Of a stretch of 64,000 bases of DNA, positions 1 to 9,108 are shown one piece after another. Positions within the stretch are counted from its first letter, which is position 1; each line of letters opens with the position of its first letter. The notes under the pieces are model-generated. The model searched no databases and was not told the DNA's origin. It was given only the letters and a program-made list of their open reading frames with translations. Both the position numbers and the translations under genes were made by a program. This DNA comes from Nitrospirota bacterium (GTDB lineage: Bacteria > Nitrospirota > UBA9217): the NCBI GenBank assembly GCA_963845065.1, contig CAWJQQ010000008.1, positions 320,001-384,000 on the forward strand, read 5' to 3'.

Positions 1-825
1 GGCAAAGAGCTTTTCGCCCGCGTTATTCACCATAACAGCGCGCGCCGTGACATGCCTTTTGTTCCGATCAACTGTTCTGCCATCCCCGAGACCCTTCTTG
101 AGACCGAGCTTTTTGGTCACGTGCGCGGCGCTTTTACGGGGGCCGTTGCAACCAAGAAAGGCATTCTGGAAGAGGCCGAAGGCGGGACGGTATTCCTCGA
201 TGAGATCGGCGATATGAGCATGGCGCTCCAGGCAAAGTTGCTTCGAGTCATCGAGGACCAGATTATCCGGCCTGTGGGCAGTACGAAGGGGACAAAGGTC
301 GACATCAGACTGGTTTCGGCTACCAACAAAGATCTGAAGGCCGCAGTCCGTGCAGGGACATTCCGTGAAGACCTCTATTACCGTATCAACGTGATTGCCC
401 TCCAGATTCCTCCGTTGCGAGAACGTAAGGAAGACATTGAAGCGCTGGTCCGGCACTATCTTGGGCAGTACGCGAACGACCTGAAGAAGCCGATGAAAGA
501 AATATCTCCCGAAGCCATGGATGTCCTGGTGAATTACGAGTGGGCGGGGAATGTGCGTGAACTCCAGAACGTGATGGAGCGGGCCATCCTCATCTCTGAC
601 GGCGACCTGATCAGGCCCGAACACTTGCCCGGCAGCATAAAAGACCTGGCATCGTTCCATCATCAAGCCTTTGACCAGAAACTCTCGATTGAGGACTATA
701 CCAAGGCATTTATTCTCCGGTACCAGCTGGACTATAATGAACAACAGCTCGCAGATATGCTTGGGATCACGCGTAAGTCGCTTTGGGAAAAACGAAAAAA
801 ATGGGGTATCCCGAAAGAGCGGTAG
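1..825 (+). CDS. Sigma-54-dependent (NtrC-family) activator, 5'-partial; C-terminus resembles CbrB
   Basis: Frame open from base 1 (GKELFARVIH). Contains ETELFGHVRGAFTGA, FLDEIGD, FREDLYYRI and a C-terminal HTH (LADMLGITRKSLWEKRKKWGIP). Confidence 0.92.
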   Translation, partial: GKELFARVIHHNSARRDMPFVPINCSAIPETLLETELFGHVRGAFTGAVATKKGILEEAEGGTVFLDEIGDMSMALQAKLLRVIEDQIIRPVGSTKGTKVDIRLVSATNKDLKAAVRAGTFREDLYYRINVIALQIPPLRERKEDIEALVRHYLGQYANDLKKPMKEISPEAMDVLVNYEWAGNVRELQNVMERAILISDGDLIRPEHLPGSIKDLASFHHQAFDQKLSIEDYTKAFILRYQLDYNEQQLADMLGITRKSLWEKRKKWGIPKER

Positions 826-961
826 CTTGCTTACTCACAGTGTAGAGTTCACGATCAGCGTACAGAACATTTTTCTGGGCGAAGACTTCATGTGAGAAAG
901 CCTGTTACGCTGTGAACTTTGAATTCAGGATTATGAACGATATACGATATTAGGAGCAACT

Positions 962-2575
962 GTGTCCCTGAAGAAAAAAATAGCCCTCAGTTTTTTTATT
1001 AGCGCTTTCATCATCGCTATCCTTGCGGTGTTCGAATCTGTGAACTTTATCGAGATCAAGAAGGAGATCCAGTATCTCGAGATCACCGATACGCTCAGTC
1101 GTAAATCGCTTCAGCTCCAGCGCCACGAAAAAAACTATATCCTGTACAGCCCTCAAAAGGCATCCGAGGAATCTGCTTGCGTGCATATATATCTCAACGA
1201 ATTGAAAGGCATTCTGATTCAAAACCCTGACATAGATCGGGCGGAGCAGCTTTCCCTGCGCGAGCGTATCAACGAGTTCGATCGCCGCTTCACCAAGATC
1301 GAGTCAGAGACAAAAAACGTGTCTCTGGCATTCCAGAACGTCAGAACACCAAACCGGACAAATAGGTACGTCCTCGCTCACGTCGAGTCCACGTTCTTGG
1401 AGCGTCCGGCTCAAACGTCTGACTTCCTCGCAAAGGAGTTCCTGCTTCCACGGTTTCATCCCCTCATCATCGAGCTGCACGAACTCGATACTGACATCAT
1501 ATCACTGAGGAAGACCGGCGAAGATATTCTGGAGCAATTGAAGGACCTTGACAGTGTCGCCCGGAAGAAAATTGAAACCGCGATATACGTTTCACAGATC
1601 GCCATCCTTATTTTTTCCCCGCTTTTTTTTGTCGTGGGTATCGGCATGCTATTTTTTATCACCACGAACGTGGTCAAAAGACTAATGCTCCTGATAACCG
1701 TGGTGGAAAAGACCGGCAAGGGTTCCTATCCACACCTTGCCGTTGCCGCTAACCGCAAGAATGCCGATGATGAGGTGGGTCTCCTGATCGACAAGTTTAA
1801 CAACATGGAAGACCAGCTCGCCCGTCACGAAGAGGAGCTTGAGCGTAAGAACAAGGAACTGATGCAGACAAAAAAACTTGCGGCCATCGGCACATTGGCA
1901 TCCGGAGTGGCGCATGAATTGAACAATCCACTGAACAATATTTACCTTTCTGCCCAGGTATTGGCCCGCGAAGCCGGCGGCGATTGCTCGTCCGAAGCAA
2001 AAGAGGTCATGCTCGACATCCTGGACCAATCGGAGCGCGTGAAGCGGATCGTGAGCCAACTCCTGGAGTTTGCAAGAGGGAAGGAGCCGCAAATAAGAGA
2101 CGTCGATTTGCGCGAGCTGATTACTGATACCTACCGTCACCTCGGCAGTTCCCGGAACCTTGAGAACATTCGGTTTTCAAGCAATTTTGATCCGCCATCA
2201 ATCTTCCTATCCGCTGATGCGGGCCAGATGGAGCAGGTATTTACGAACCTGTTTGCGAACGCCGTGGATGCCATGCGGCTGCAGGGCGAATTGACGGTCC
2301 ATGCGAGACAGGAAACCGATGTAACTGTTATTACAATTTCGGACACGGGCAGGGGCGTTCCCCGGGAATTTCAGGACAAGATCTTCGAGCCTTTCTTTAC
2401 GACCAAAGACAAAGGCACAGGCCTTGGTCTTTCGATTGTGTATAATATCATCAAGAAACACAACGGCGACATCATTCTCGAGAGCGAAGCAGACAAGGGT
2501 ACGACGTTCACTATTACTCTTCCATCTAGAACCGTAAACAGGCTGGATGCGCTAGTGAGCTCCGGCAAAATATAG
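962..2575 (+). CDS. Membrane HAMP sensor histidine kinase
   Basis: Two TM segments, HAMP, H-box GVAHELNNPL, N-box NLFANAVDA, DTGRG, FFTTK, GTGLGL. Confidence 0.93.
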   Translation: MSLKKKIALSFFISAFIIAILAVFESVNFIEIKKEIQYLEITDTLSRKSLQLQRHEKNYILYSPQKASEESACVHIYLNELKGILIQNPDIDRAEQLSLRERINEFDRRFTKIESETKNVSLAFQNVRTPNRTNRYVLAHVESTFLERPAQTSDFLAKEFLLPRFHPLIIELHELDTDIISLRKTGEDILEQLKDLDSVARKKIETAIYVSQIAILIFSPLFFVVGIGMLFFITTNVVKRLMLLITVVEKTGKGSYPHLAVAANRKNADDEVGLLIDKFNNMEDQLARHEEELERKNKELMQTKKLAAIGTLASGVAHELNNPLNNIYLSAQVLAREAGGDCSSEAKEVMLDILDQSERVKRIVSQLLEFARGKEPQIRDVDLRELITDTYRHLGSSRNLENIRFSSNFDPPSIFLSADAGQMEQVFTNLFANAVDAMRLQGELTVHARQETDVTVITISDTGRGVPREFQDKIFEPFFTTKDKGTGLGLSIVYNIIKKHNGDIILESEADKGTTFTITLPSRTVNRLDALVSSGKI

Positions 2576-2665
2576 CCGCTTTTCTCGGTGAGCCCGACGA
2601 GGTTGGAACCCGTGGCTTCACATTTTATGGTCATTGTAGCATGACCTGGGCAGGTACGATAATAT

Positions 2666-3997
2666 ATGACATTTAAGATACTGATAGCCGAAGACGAGGA
2701 AATTACTCTCAAACACTTGACCAACGCCCTCCAGAAGGAGGGCTACGTGACAAACGGCACTCGCAACGGTCAAGATGCATTTCAGCAGATCGAGGACGAT
2801 CACTTCGACCTGCTGATCACCGATATCAGGATGCCCGGGATGAGTGGTTTGGAGCTTCTTGATAAGATCAAGGAGCGGCAGGCCGACATGGAGGTGATTG
2901 TTATTACTGGCTTCGGCAGCATCAGTTCTGTGGTTGAGGCTATGAAAAAAGGAGCCTACGATTACGTAACGAAGCCATTCAACCTCGATGAGCTTCTGCT
3001 CAAGGTCAAGAAAATCCGTGAACAGCGCGACCTGAAGAAGGAGAATATTGCGCTCAAGGCTTTTGCCGGTGCCGACAAAAAGGTGTCGATCATTGCGACG
3101 AGCGCAAGCATGCATCATATCCTCGGCATCATCGAAGGCATGAAGGAGTCGGACTGCAACGTGCTGTTGACGGGCGAGACCGGTGTGGGCAAAAGCCTTC
3201 TGGCCAAGATCATCCACTATACGAGCAGACGGCAGGGCATGCCATTTCTTTCGATTAACTGCGCGACATTGACCGAAGAACTTTTGGCGAGCGAACTCTT
3301 CGGCCATGAAAAGGGCGCCTTCACCGGCGCGATCAAGACTAAACAGGGGCTCGTGGAGATTGCTGACACGGGTACGCTGTTTCTGGACGAGATCGCCGAG
3401 ATGGCGTCGAGCCTCCAGGCAAAACTTCTCAAGGTGATCGAAGAAGGCGAGTTCTACCGTGTGGGCGGGACCAAGCCGATCAAGGTAGACGTTCGGTTCA
3501 TCGCCGCCACGAACCAGAACGTGCGCACTGTGATAGCCGAAGGTAGGTTCCGCGAGGATTTGTATTATCGATTGAACATTATGGAAATATTCATACCGCC
3601 ACTGCGTGACCGTAGAGACGACATCACGCCGCTTTGCAGCTATTTTTTGGAAAAGCACCTGCCGAGTTCCCGCAAGAAAATCACAGGGTTCACAAAAGAA
3701 TCGATGGACGTACTAATGCACTACAGTTATCCCGGCAACGTACGTGAATTGGAAAATATCGTCGAGCGAGCTATTATTCTAGAAAAAAATAGTCTTATCA
3801 CGCCCGAATGCCTGCCGCAGACGATCAAAATGTTTCAGATCGAGACCATCGAACCGGACAAAATCAAGACCCTCGAAGAGCTGAGCAAGGACTATGTTGA
3901 GAAGGTAACCGATATGCTCGGTGGCAACAAGTCAAGAGCCGCCGAAGTCCTTGGCATTTCGCGGACTAGCCTGTGGCGAATCTTGAAAGACGAGTAA
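2666..3997 (+). CDS. Sigma-54-dependent response regulator (REC-AAA+-Fis HTH)
   Basis: ILIAEDE...LITDIRMPG, GETGVGKS, GAFTGA, NKSRAAEVLGISRTSLWR. Confidence 0.95.
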   Translation: MTFKILIAEDEEITLKHLTNALQKEGYVTNGTRNGQDAFQQIEDDHFDLLITDIRMPGMSGLELLDKIKERQADMEVIVITGFGSISSVVEAMKKGAYDYVTKPFNLDELLLKVKKIREQRDLKKENIALKAFAGADKKVSIIATSASMHHILGIIEGMKESDCNVLLTGETGVGKSLLAKIIHYTSRRQGMPFLSINCATLTEELLASELFGHEKGAFTGAIKTKQGLVEIADTGTLFLDEIAEMASSLQAKLLKVIEEGEFYRVGGTKPIKVDVRFIAATNQNVRTVIAEGRFREDLYYRLNIMEIFIPPLRDRRDDITPLCSYFLEKHLPSSRKKITGFTKESMDVLMHYSYPGNVRELENIVERAIILEKNSLITPECLPQTIKMFQIETIEPDKIKTLEELSKDYVEKVTDMLGGNKSRAAEVLGISRTSLWRILKDE

Positions 3998-4099
3998 TTT
4001 CACCGGCTGCTCTTTTCTTTCCAATACTGATAATACACAAGAACGCGGGCAACGGCGCTGATCACAGATGAGAAGCAGTTCGACGGAGAACGCCTGTTT

Positions 4100-6484
4100 A
4101 TGAGAAATACCTATTTATCATTTTACGGAGTCATCATAGCGGTGCTCATGAGCTCGTTAGTGCTGACGTATGCCGTGCATATTGCTTGGGGCAGCCTTTT
4201 TTTTATTAATGAGCCTCTCCATACAACAATTGAAGCATTCGGATCCATTCTTGCGATGGGTGTTTCGTTGATCCTGTTCAGCAAGAATCAGCACTATCGC
4301 ATCCTGAAAAAGAACTTGCTGGCGACAGGCTTTCTTGGAATGGGCATTCTGAATGGTTTTCACTCCGTCTCCAGCTTTGGCCACGGGTTTTTTCTACTTC
4401 CTTGTTTAGCCGGCATTGTCGGCAGCTTATGTTTTGCCCTGTCCTGGCTACCGCACTTCGACGCATACACGAACGAAAAAAAATGGATCCCCTGGACAAT
4501 AGCCGCTGTTAGTGTGATTATCGGCATCTGGGTCATTGGGTTTCAGGAATTGGTCCCAAAAATACTGCACGACGACCAGATTACCACTGTTGCACTAGCA
4601 ATGAATGTCATTGCCGGTGCATTATTTATTGCAGCTACGGGATTTTTTGCACTCGACTTTCATCGGCACGGCAGGTTTGAGTCTTATCTGTTCGCCTGCA
4701 CATTCCTTCTATTTGGTCTTGTAGATATGGAAGTTCCTTTTGCCTCGCTCTGGTATGCCAGCTGGTGGTTTTGGCATTTCCAGCAGCTGGTAGGTTATTT
4801 CATCCTCGGCTATTTTTTATTCCAGATCTACCAGCGTGCGGAAATAGCGCTGCGAGGGAGTGAGGACACGTTCCAAACGATAACAGATACGCTTAAGGAT
4901 GCCATTATCATGATGGATGATGATGAACGGGTATCTTTTTGGAATCCTGCCGCTGAAGAGCTTTTTGGTTATCCATGCCATGAGGCAATCGGTGTGAAGC
5001 TGCATACGCTGATCGTGCCCGAGAGATATATCGATGCTTATCAGCGAGGATTGACTTCATTAAGAGCTGATACGGTTGGCCCTCTCATTGGTAAAACCTT
5101 CGAAATAGAGACTCGTAGAAAAGATGGAACAGAAATTCCCGGCGAACTGTCCTTTTCCGCGGTCCAGATAAAAGGGAAGTGGCATGTGGCAGGCATCATC
5201 CGGGACATCTCGAGACGCAAGTTTGCTGAAGAAGAAGCCAGAGCAGATGAAAGACGCCTGATGAGCCTGGTGAAAATATCCCAGGCGAGAACAGCAACCC
5301 TGCAGGAACTGCTGAATATCTCCCTTGACGAAGTCGTTGCTTTATCGAACAGCAAACTGGGCTATCTTTGCATTTATGATGAAGACAAAAAGGAAATTGT
5401 TTTTCATCGCGCGTGGTCAGACGAGGTGATGAATTCATGCTCGATAGCCGAACCGCCAAAAACCTATCATAATACAGAAATGGGAATATGGGGAGAAGCT
5501 GCCCGTCAACGTATACCTATCATCATAAATAATTTCAATGCATACCATACACTGGAAAAAGGTTTTCCAGAGGGACATCCCTCACTAGACCGGTTCATGA
5601 CGATTCCCATCTTCAACTATGATCGGATTGTTGCAGTCGTCGGTGTTGCGAACAAGGGGAAAGAATATACAGAAGGGGATGTACTGCAGCTCAAGCAAAT
5701 CATGGAGGCCGTATGGACTATCGCCGAACGTAAACTCGCAGAGGAGCGGCTACGCAAGGCCTATGACGAATTAGAAATCCTCGTAGAGGAGCGTACCGCA
5801 AAGTTGTCGACAGTGAACGAGCAGTTGCGAAATCTTTCCGTGTATTTACAAAATACAAGAGAGAATGAGCGGACAATGATCGCCCGCGAAGTCCATGACG
5901 AATTGGGTCAGTCACTGACGGCGCTTAAAATAGATCTCGCTCTTCTAACAAAGAGACTGCCAGCAGACCAAAAGTCCGTCATGGAAAAGGCGGAGTCCAT
6001 GGCCCAGCTTATTGAAATGACGATGCAAAGCGTAAAAAAAATTTCTACGGATCTGCGGCCGGGGATCCTGGATCACCTCGGGCTCTCCGCAGCAATTGAG
6101 TGGCAGGCAGAAGAATTTGAAAAAAGGACCGGCATACCCTGTGCTGCCGTCTTCGAACCGGAGGAAATAGCCCTTGACAAAGACCGTACGACAACCGTGT
6201 TCCGCATTTTTCAGGAAACGCTAACGAACATAGCCCGTCATGCACAGGCAACTGAGGTTTCCGTGAGCCTGAAAAAGTGCTCTGACCGACTGGAGCTTCA
6301 AGTCAAGGATGACGGCAAGGGGATCAGCGAAAAACATGTATCAGATCCTAAGTCCTTAGGGCTCATAGGGATCAGAGAGCGTGTAACCTACTGGGGGGGG
6401 TCGTTGACGATCCATGGCATACATGAAAAAGGTACCACGGTAACCGTACAACTTCCCCTTGAGAACGGGAAGGAGGCGTCTTGA
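4100..6484 (+). CDS. Multi-TM (MASE3-like)-PAS-GAF-HisKA_3 sensor kinase
   Basis: About 7 TM segments, PAS (WNPAAEELFGY...RKDG), GAF, IAREVHDELGQSLT, DDGKG, SLGLIGIRER. Overlaps the NarL-type regulator. Confidence 0.92.
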   Translation: MRNTYLSFYGVIIAVLMSSLVLTYAVHIAWGSLFFINEPLHTTIEAFGSILAMGVSLILFSKNQHYRILKKNLLATGFLGMGILNGFHSVSSFGHGFFLLPCLAGIVGSLCFALSWLPHFDAYTNEKKWIPWTIAAVSVIIGIWVIGFQELVPKILHDDQITTVALAMNVIAGALFIAATGFFALDFHRHGRFESYLFACTFLLFGLVDMEVPFASLWYASWWFWHFQQLVGYFILGYFLFQIYQRAEIALRGSEDTFQTITDTLKDAIIMMDDDERVSFWNPAAEELFGYPCHEAIGVKLHTLIVPERYIDAYQRGLTSLRADTVGPLIGKTFEIETRRKDGTEIPGELSFSAVQIKGKWHVAGIIRDISRRKFAEEEARADERRLMSLVKISQARTATLQELLNISLDEVVALSNSKLGYLCIYDEDKKEIVFHRAWSDEVMNSCSIAEPPKTYHNTEMGIWGEAARQRIPIIINNFNAYHTLEKGFPEGHPSLDRFMTIPIFNYDRIVAVVGVANKGKEYTEGDVLQLKQIMEAVWTIAERKLAEERLRKAYDELEILVEERTAKLSTVNEQLRNLSVYLQNTRENERTMIAREVHDELGQSLTALKIDLALLTKRLPADQKSVMEKAESMAQLIEMTMQSVKKISTDLRPGILDHLGLSAAIEWQAEEFEKRTGIPCAAVFEPEEIALDKDRTTTVFRIFQETLTNIARHAQATEVSVSLKKCSDRLELQVKDDGKGISEKHVSDPKSLGLIGIRERVTYWGGSLTIHGIHEKGTTVTVQLPLENGKEAS

Positions 6485-7110
6485 TAAAATTGCTGGTGGC
6501 GGACGACCATGCTATCGTTCGAAAAGGCATTGAGCAGATCATCGCGGAAACGACCGACATCGTCGTGGCTGCTGAAGCGCGCAATGGCCAAGAAGCAATG
6601 GAGAAGGCAGCAAAGAACTTTTTTGACCTTGTATTGCTGGATATAGCCATGCCGGGGAGAGACGGCCTTGAAGTCCTAAAAGAGCTCAAAAAACTGCGGC
6701 CGAAACTTGCTGTGCTTATGCTGAGCATGTACCCCGAAGAGCAGTATGCTATTCGTGCATTGCGTTCCGGTGCTTCAGGATATTTAACCAAAGAGAGCGC
6801 GCCTGATGAGTTAATAGCCGCCATAAGAAAAGTATCGTCGGGCGGTAAATACATCAGTTCCTCGCTTGCCGAGAAGATTGCCCACAAACTCGGGAATCAT
6901 CCAGACACGCCGCTTCATGAGCAGCTTTCCGACCGCGAGTACCAGATTTTGATCAAGCTTGCCCGAGGGAAAACACTCACCGAGATCGCAGACGAGCTTG
7001 CGTTAAGTATAAAGACAATCAGTACGTATCGGGCACGATTGCTCTTAAAAATGAATATGAAAAGTAATGCGGAGATTACACGATATGCCATTGAGAACAA
7101 ACTCGTGTAA
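6481..7110 (+). CDS. NarL/LuxR-family response regulator
   Basis: LLVADDHAIVRKG, LLDIAMPG, LSDREYQIL...IADELALSIKTISTYR. Confidence 0.95.
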   Translation: MIKLLVADDHAIVRKGIEQIIAETTDIVVAAEARNGQEAMEKAAKNFFDLVLLDIAMPGRDGLEVLKELKKLRPKLAVLMLSMYPEEQYAIRALRSGASGYLTKESAPDELIAAIRKVSSGGKYISSSLAEKIAHKLGNHPDTPLHEQLSDREYQILIKLARGKTLTEIADELALSIKTISTYRARLLLKMNMKSNAEITRYAIENKLV

Positions 7111-7236
7111 ACAATTCCAAAAGATGACATCATGAAACTTTATTGGTGGAGAAACGGACATGTAATAATTACTTCTGTAAACATTCTTCTCCCGAAAATA
7201 TCATTTCTGACTTAAAGTGGAAACACCACCCAAACC

Positions 7237-7257
7237 TTGTAGGAATAGTACCTACAA
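7237..7257. promoter_or_regulatory. Palindrome TTGTAGG-N7-CCTACAA, probable binding site of the adjacent LuxR-type regulator
   Basis: Perfect 7-bp inverted repeat downstream of the regulator gene, with a second partial CCTAC at about 7272. Confidence 0.5.
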
Positions 7258-7391
7258 AAAAAGTAAAATAATCCTACGAAAATATCAGCCTTTTTCATCT
7301 TACCTTTCTCATGACTTTAGGATACACTATATGCAACGAATAGCTCAAGTTGTCACCCATCTGCTTAAATATGTAACCAAAGGTGTGAATT

Positions 7392-7589
7392 ATGCTAAGT
7401 TCTCATTTGATCGGTACACATATTTCCTCTTGCGCTTTAGACAAGGCAGTTTACATCCTGAGCTCATTTGAGTTCGAAGACTACTGCAAACCTTACAGAC
7501 TTAAAAAATGTCCCCTTTCTTACTGCAAAGTTCAAGGGACCGATGTGTTCGCACTATTGAGCGATCTGCAAAGGTACCATATTAAGTAA
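7392..7589 (+). CDS. Small hypothetical protein (65 aa)
   Basis: ATG preceded by AAGGTG; lies between the palindrome and the receiver gene; no recognisable domain. Confidence 0.3.
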   Translation: MLSSHLIGTHISSCALDKAVYILSSFEFEDYCKPYRLKKCPLSYCKVQGTDVFALLSDLQRYHIK

Positions 7590-7655
7590 CGTTAATATCT
7601 ATCCAACTGGTTGTAGCAGAGCATCACTTACGGCCTCGAGGCGCTGGACATCAGA

Positions 7656-8084
7656 ATGAGCATGAAAAAAATGAATTATTTTCCAGGAACAAAGTGGATT
7701 CTTGTAATGGATACTGATGACATTGCGAGGTCGAACATGCGCTCCATGCTTGAGCAGGTGGGCTACAAAGTATGTTTGGCGGATAACGACGACGAAGTTA
7801 TTGATTGCTATATAGAAGCACAAAGATGCGGTTACCCGTTTGATGCTGTTATAGTCGATCTTCCTGTCCCGAAGGACCAGAGTGACCCGGAAATAATAAT
7901 CAAGCGATTGATCGAATGTGACCCCGATGTGAAGGTTATCGCTAAGAGCGGAACTGGCGCCGATGTCTTTTCAGCTGATCTTGAAAACCTGGGTTTTAAA
8001 GGCATTCTCAAGAGGCCGCTCACAAGTGGGTCATTAGAGCAAACCGTTCACTCTGTAATCAACACTGAAAGTCGTTACCAATAA
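7656..8084 (+). CDS. Stand-alone receiver-domain protein (divergent)
   Basis: ILVMDTD...PFDAVIVDL...GFKGILKRP. Confidence 0.8.
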   Translation: MSMKKMNYFPGTKWILVMDTDDIARSNMRSMLEQVGYKVCLADNDDEVIDCYIEAQRCGYPFDAVIVDLPVPKDQSDPEIIIKRLIECDPDVKVIAKSGTGADVFSADLENLGFKGILKRPLTSGSLEQTVHSVINTESRYQ

Positions 8085-8177
8085 ACACCGTTCAAAGCAT
8101 TGTTGGCAACTAGGTTGTTTCAGGCAAGACGAGCGAAAAAAACGGAAGTGAAATTAACTTTAAGGAGGGAATGTGCC

Positions 8178-8366
8178 ATGTATAAGATTGAATTACTTGA
8201 GAGGAAAAGGCTTGAAAAAGGATTGAGTTATACGGAAATTGCGGATAAACTCGGCATCCATAAAGTGACGGTATCGAGAACGCTAAAGGGCGTGACAATG
8301 AAACCGCGTACCGTAAAACAGCTGGCGGACTATCTGAATGTTACAATGGAAAGTATCGTCCAATAA
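8178..8366 (+). CDS. XRE/Cro-family HTH protein (62 aa)
   Basis: AAGGAGG RBS then ATG at 8178; RLEKGLSYTEIADKLGIHKVTVSR...LADYLNV. Confidence 0.85.
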   Translation: MYKIELLERKRLEKGLSYTEIADKLGIHKVTVSRTLKGVTMKPRTVKQLADYLNVTMESIVQ

Positions 8367-8398
8367 ACCTCAGTTAAGCACTGGATTCTTGCAAGCGA

Positions 8399-8482
8399 CA
8401 GCCATGTCCTGAGCAATAAAGTTCTCGCCAGACCCGTTGCGTTCAGATGATTACCCCCGGGTCGGAGTTTGGGACATGGCTG
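8399..8482. repeat. Long imperfect inverted repeat (nested hairpin)
   Basis: CAGCCATGTCCTGAGC (8399-8414) pairs with GTTTGGGACATGGCTG (8467-8482); inner GACCCG/CGGGTC stem. Confidence 0.6.
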
Positions 8483-9108
8483 CTGCCAGACTGCCATGAC
8501 CGAAGCCTTTGCAATTCCGCAAGCCCTTGGATTTAACCATGAGTTAGCTTTTTAAAAAAATATTAGCCAAGGATCGCCACGGTCATCCAGAGCAAAATCT
8601 TAGTTTTCAAACATCCCCTGAGTAAGCGTAGGTCACACAAAATCTCTCCGCCACTACTCGCCATCTGTTGTGCTTGTCAAGCTTAAAAATCCCAGAAAAA
8701 AAGGATCTAGCGTGACCGCTTGATTTGCTATGCTGTTGTACTGCCTATGCTTGTCCGAAAACCTCCCCTGAGCGGAAATAAGACTGGTACATACAGGATC
8801 ATTCTGCCTAAAAAATCGAAAATTGTACATGTAGAGAAAGTTCATTATTGGATAGAAACAAAGCACATTCACGTAGCCTGTTGATTTGATAATGATTGTT
8901 TTTTTAACATTGCGTCTTTGACAATTAACGAAGGTCTGCTATATTATACTTATTATATCTTATATTATTATTATTTTAATGGTATGCTATAATACAACGA
9001 AATAATTTCATAATGCAGCCAAGGGGATGCTTTAGGTTTATACGATCGATTAACTTCCGTAGTAACGATATCCATACGCAAAACTACTCTAAACAAAAAC
9101 TTATCACT

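Noticed and set aside
2618..3658. 346-aa minus-strand ORF
   Set aside because: Antisense shadow of the sigma-54 regulator.
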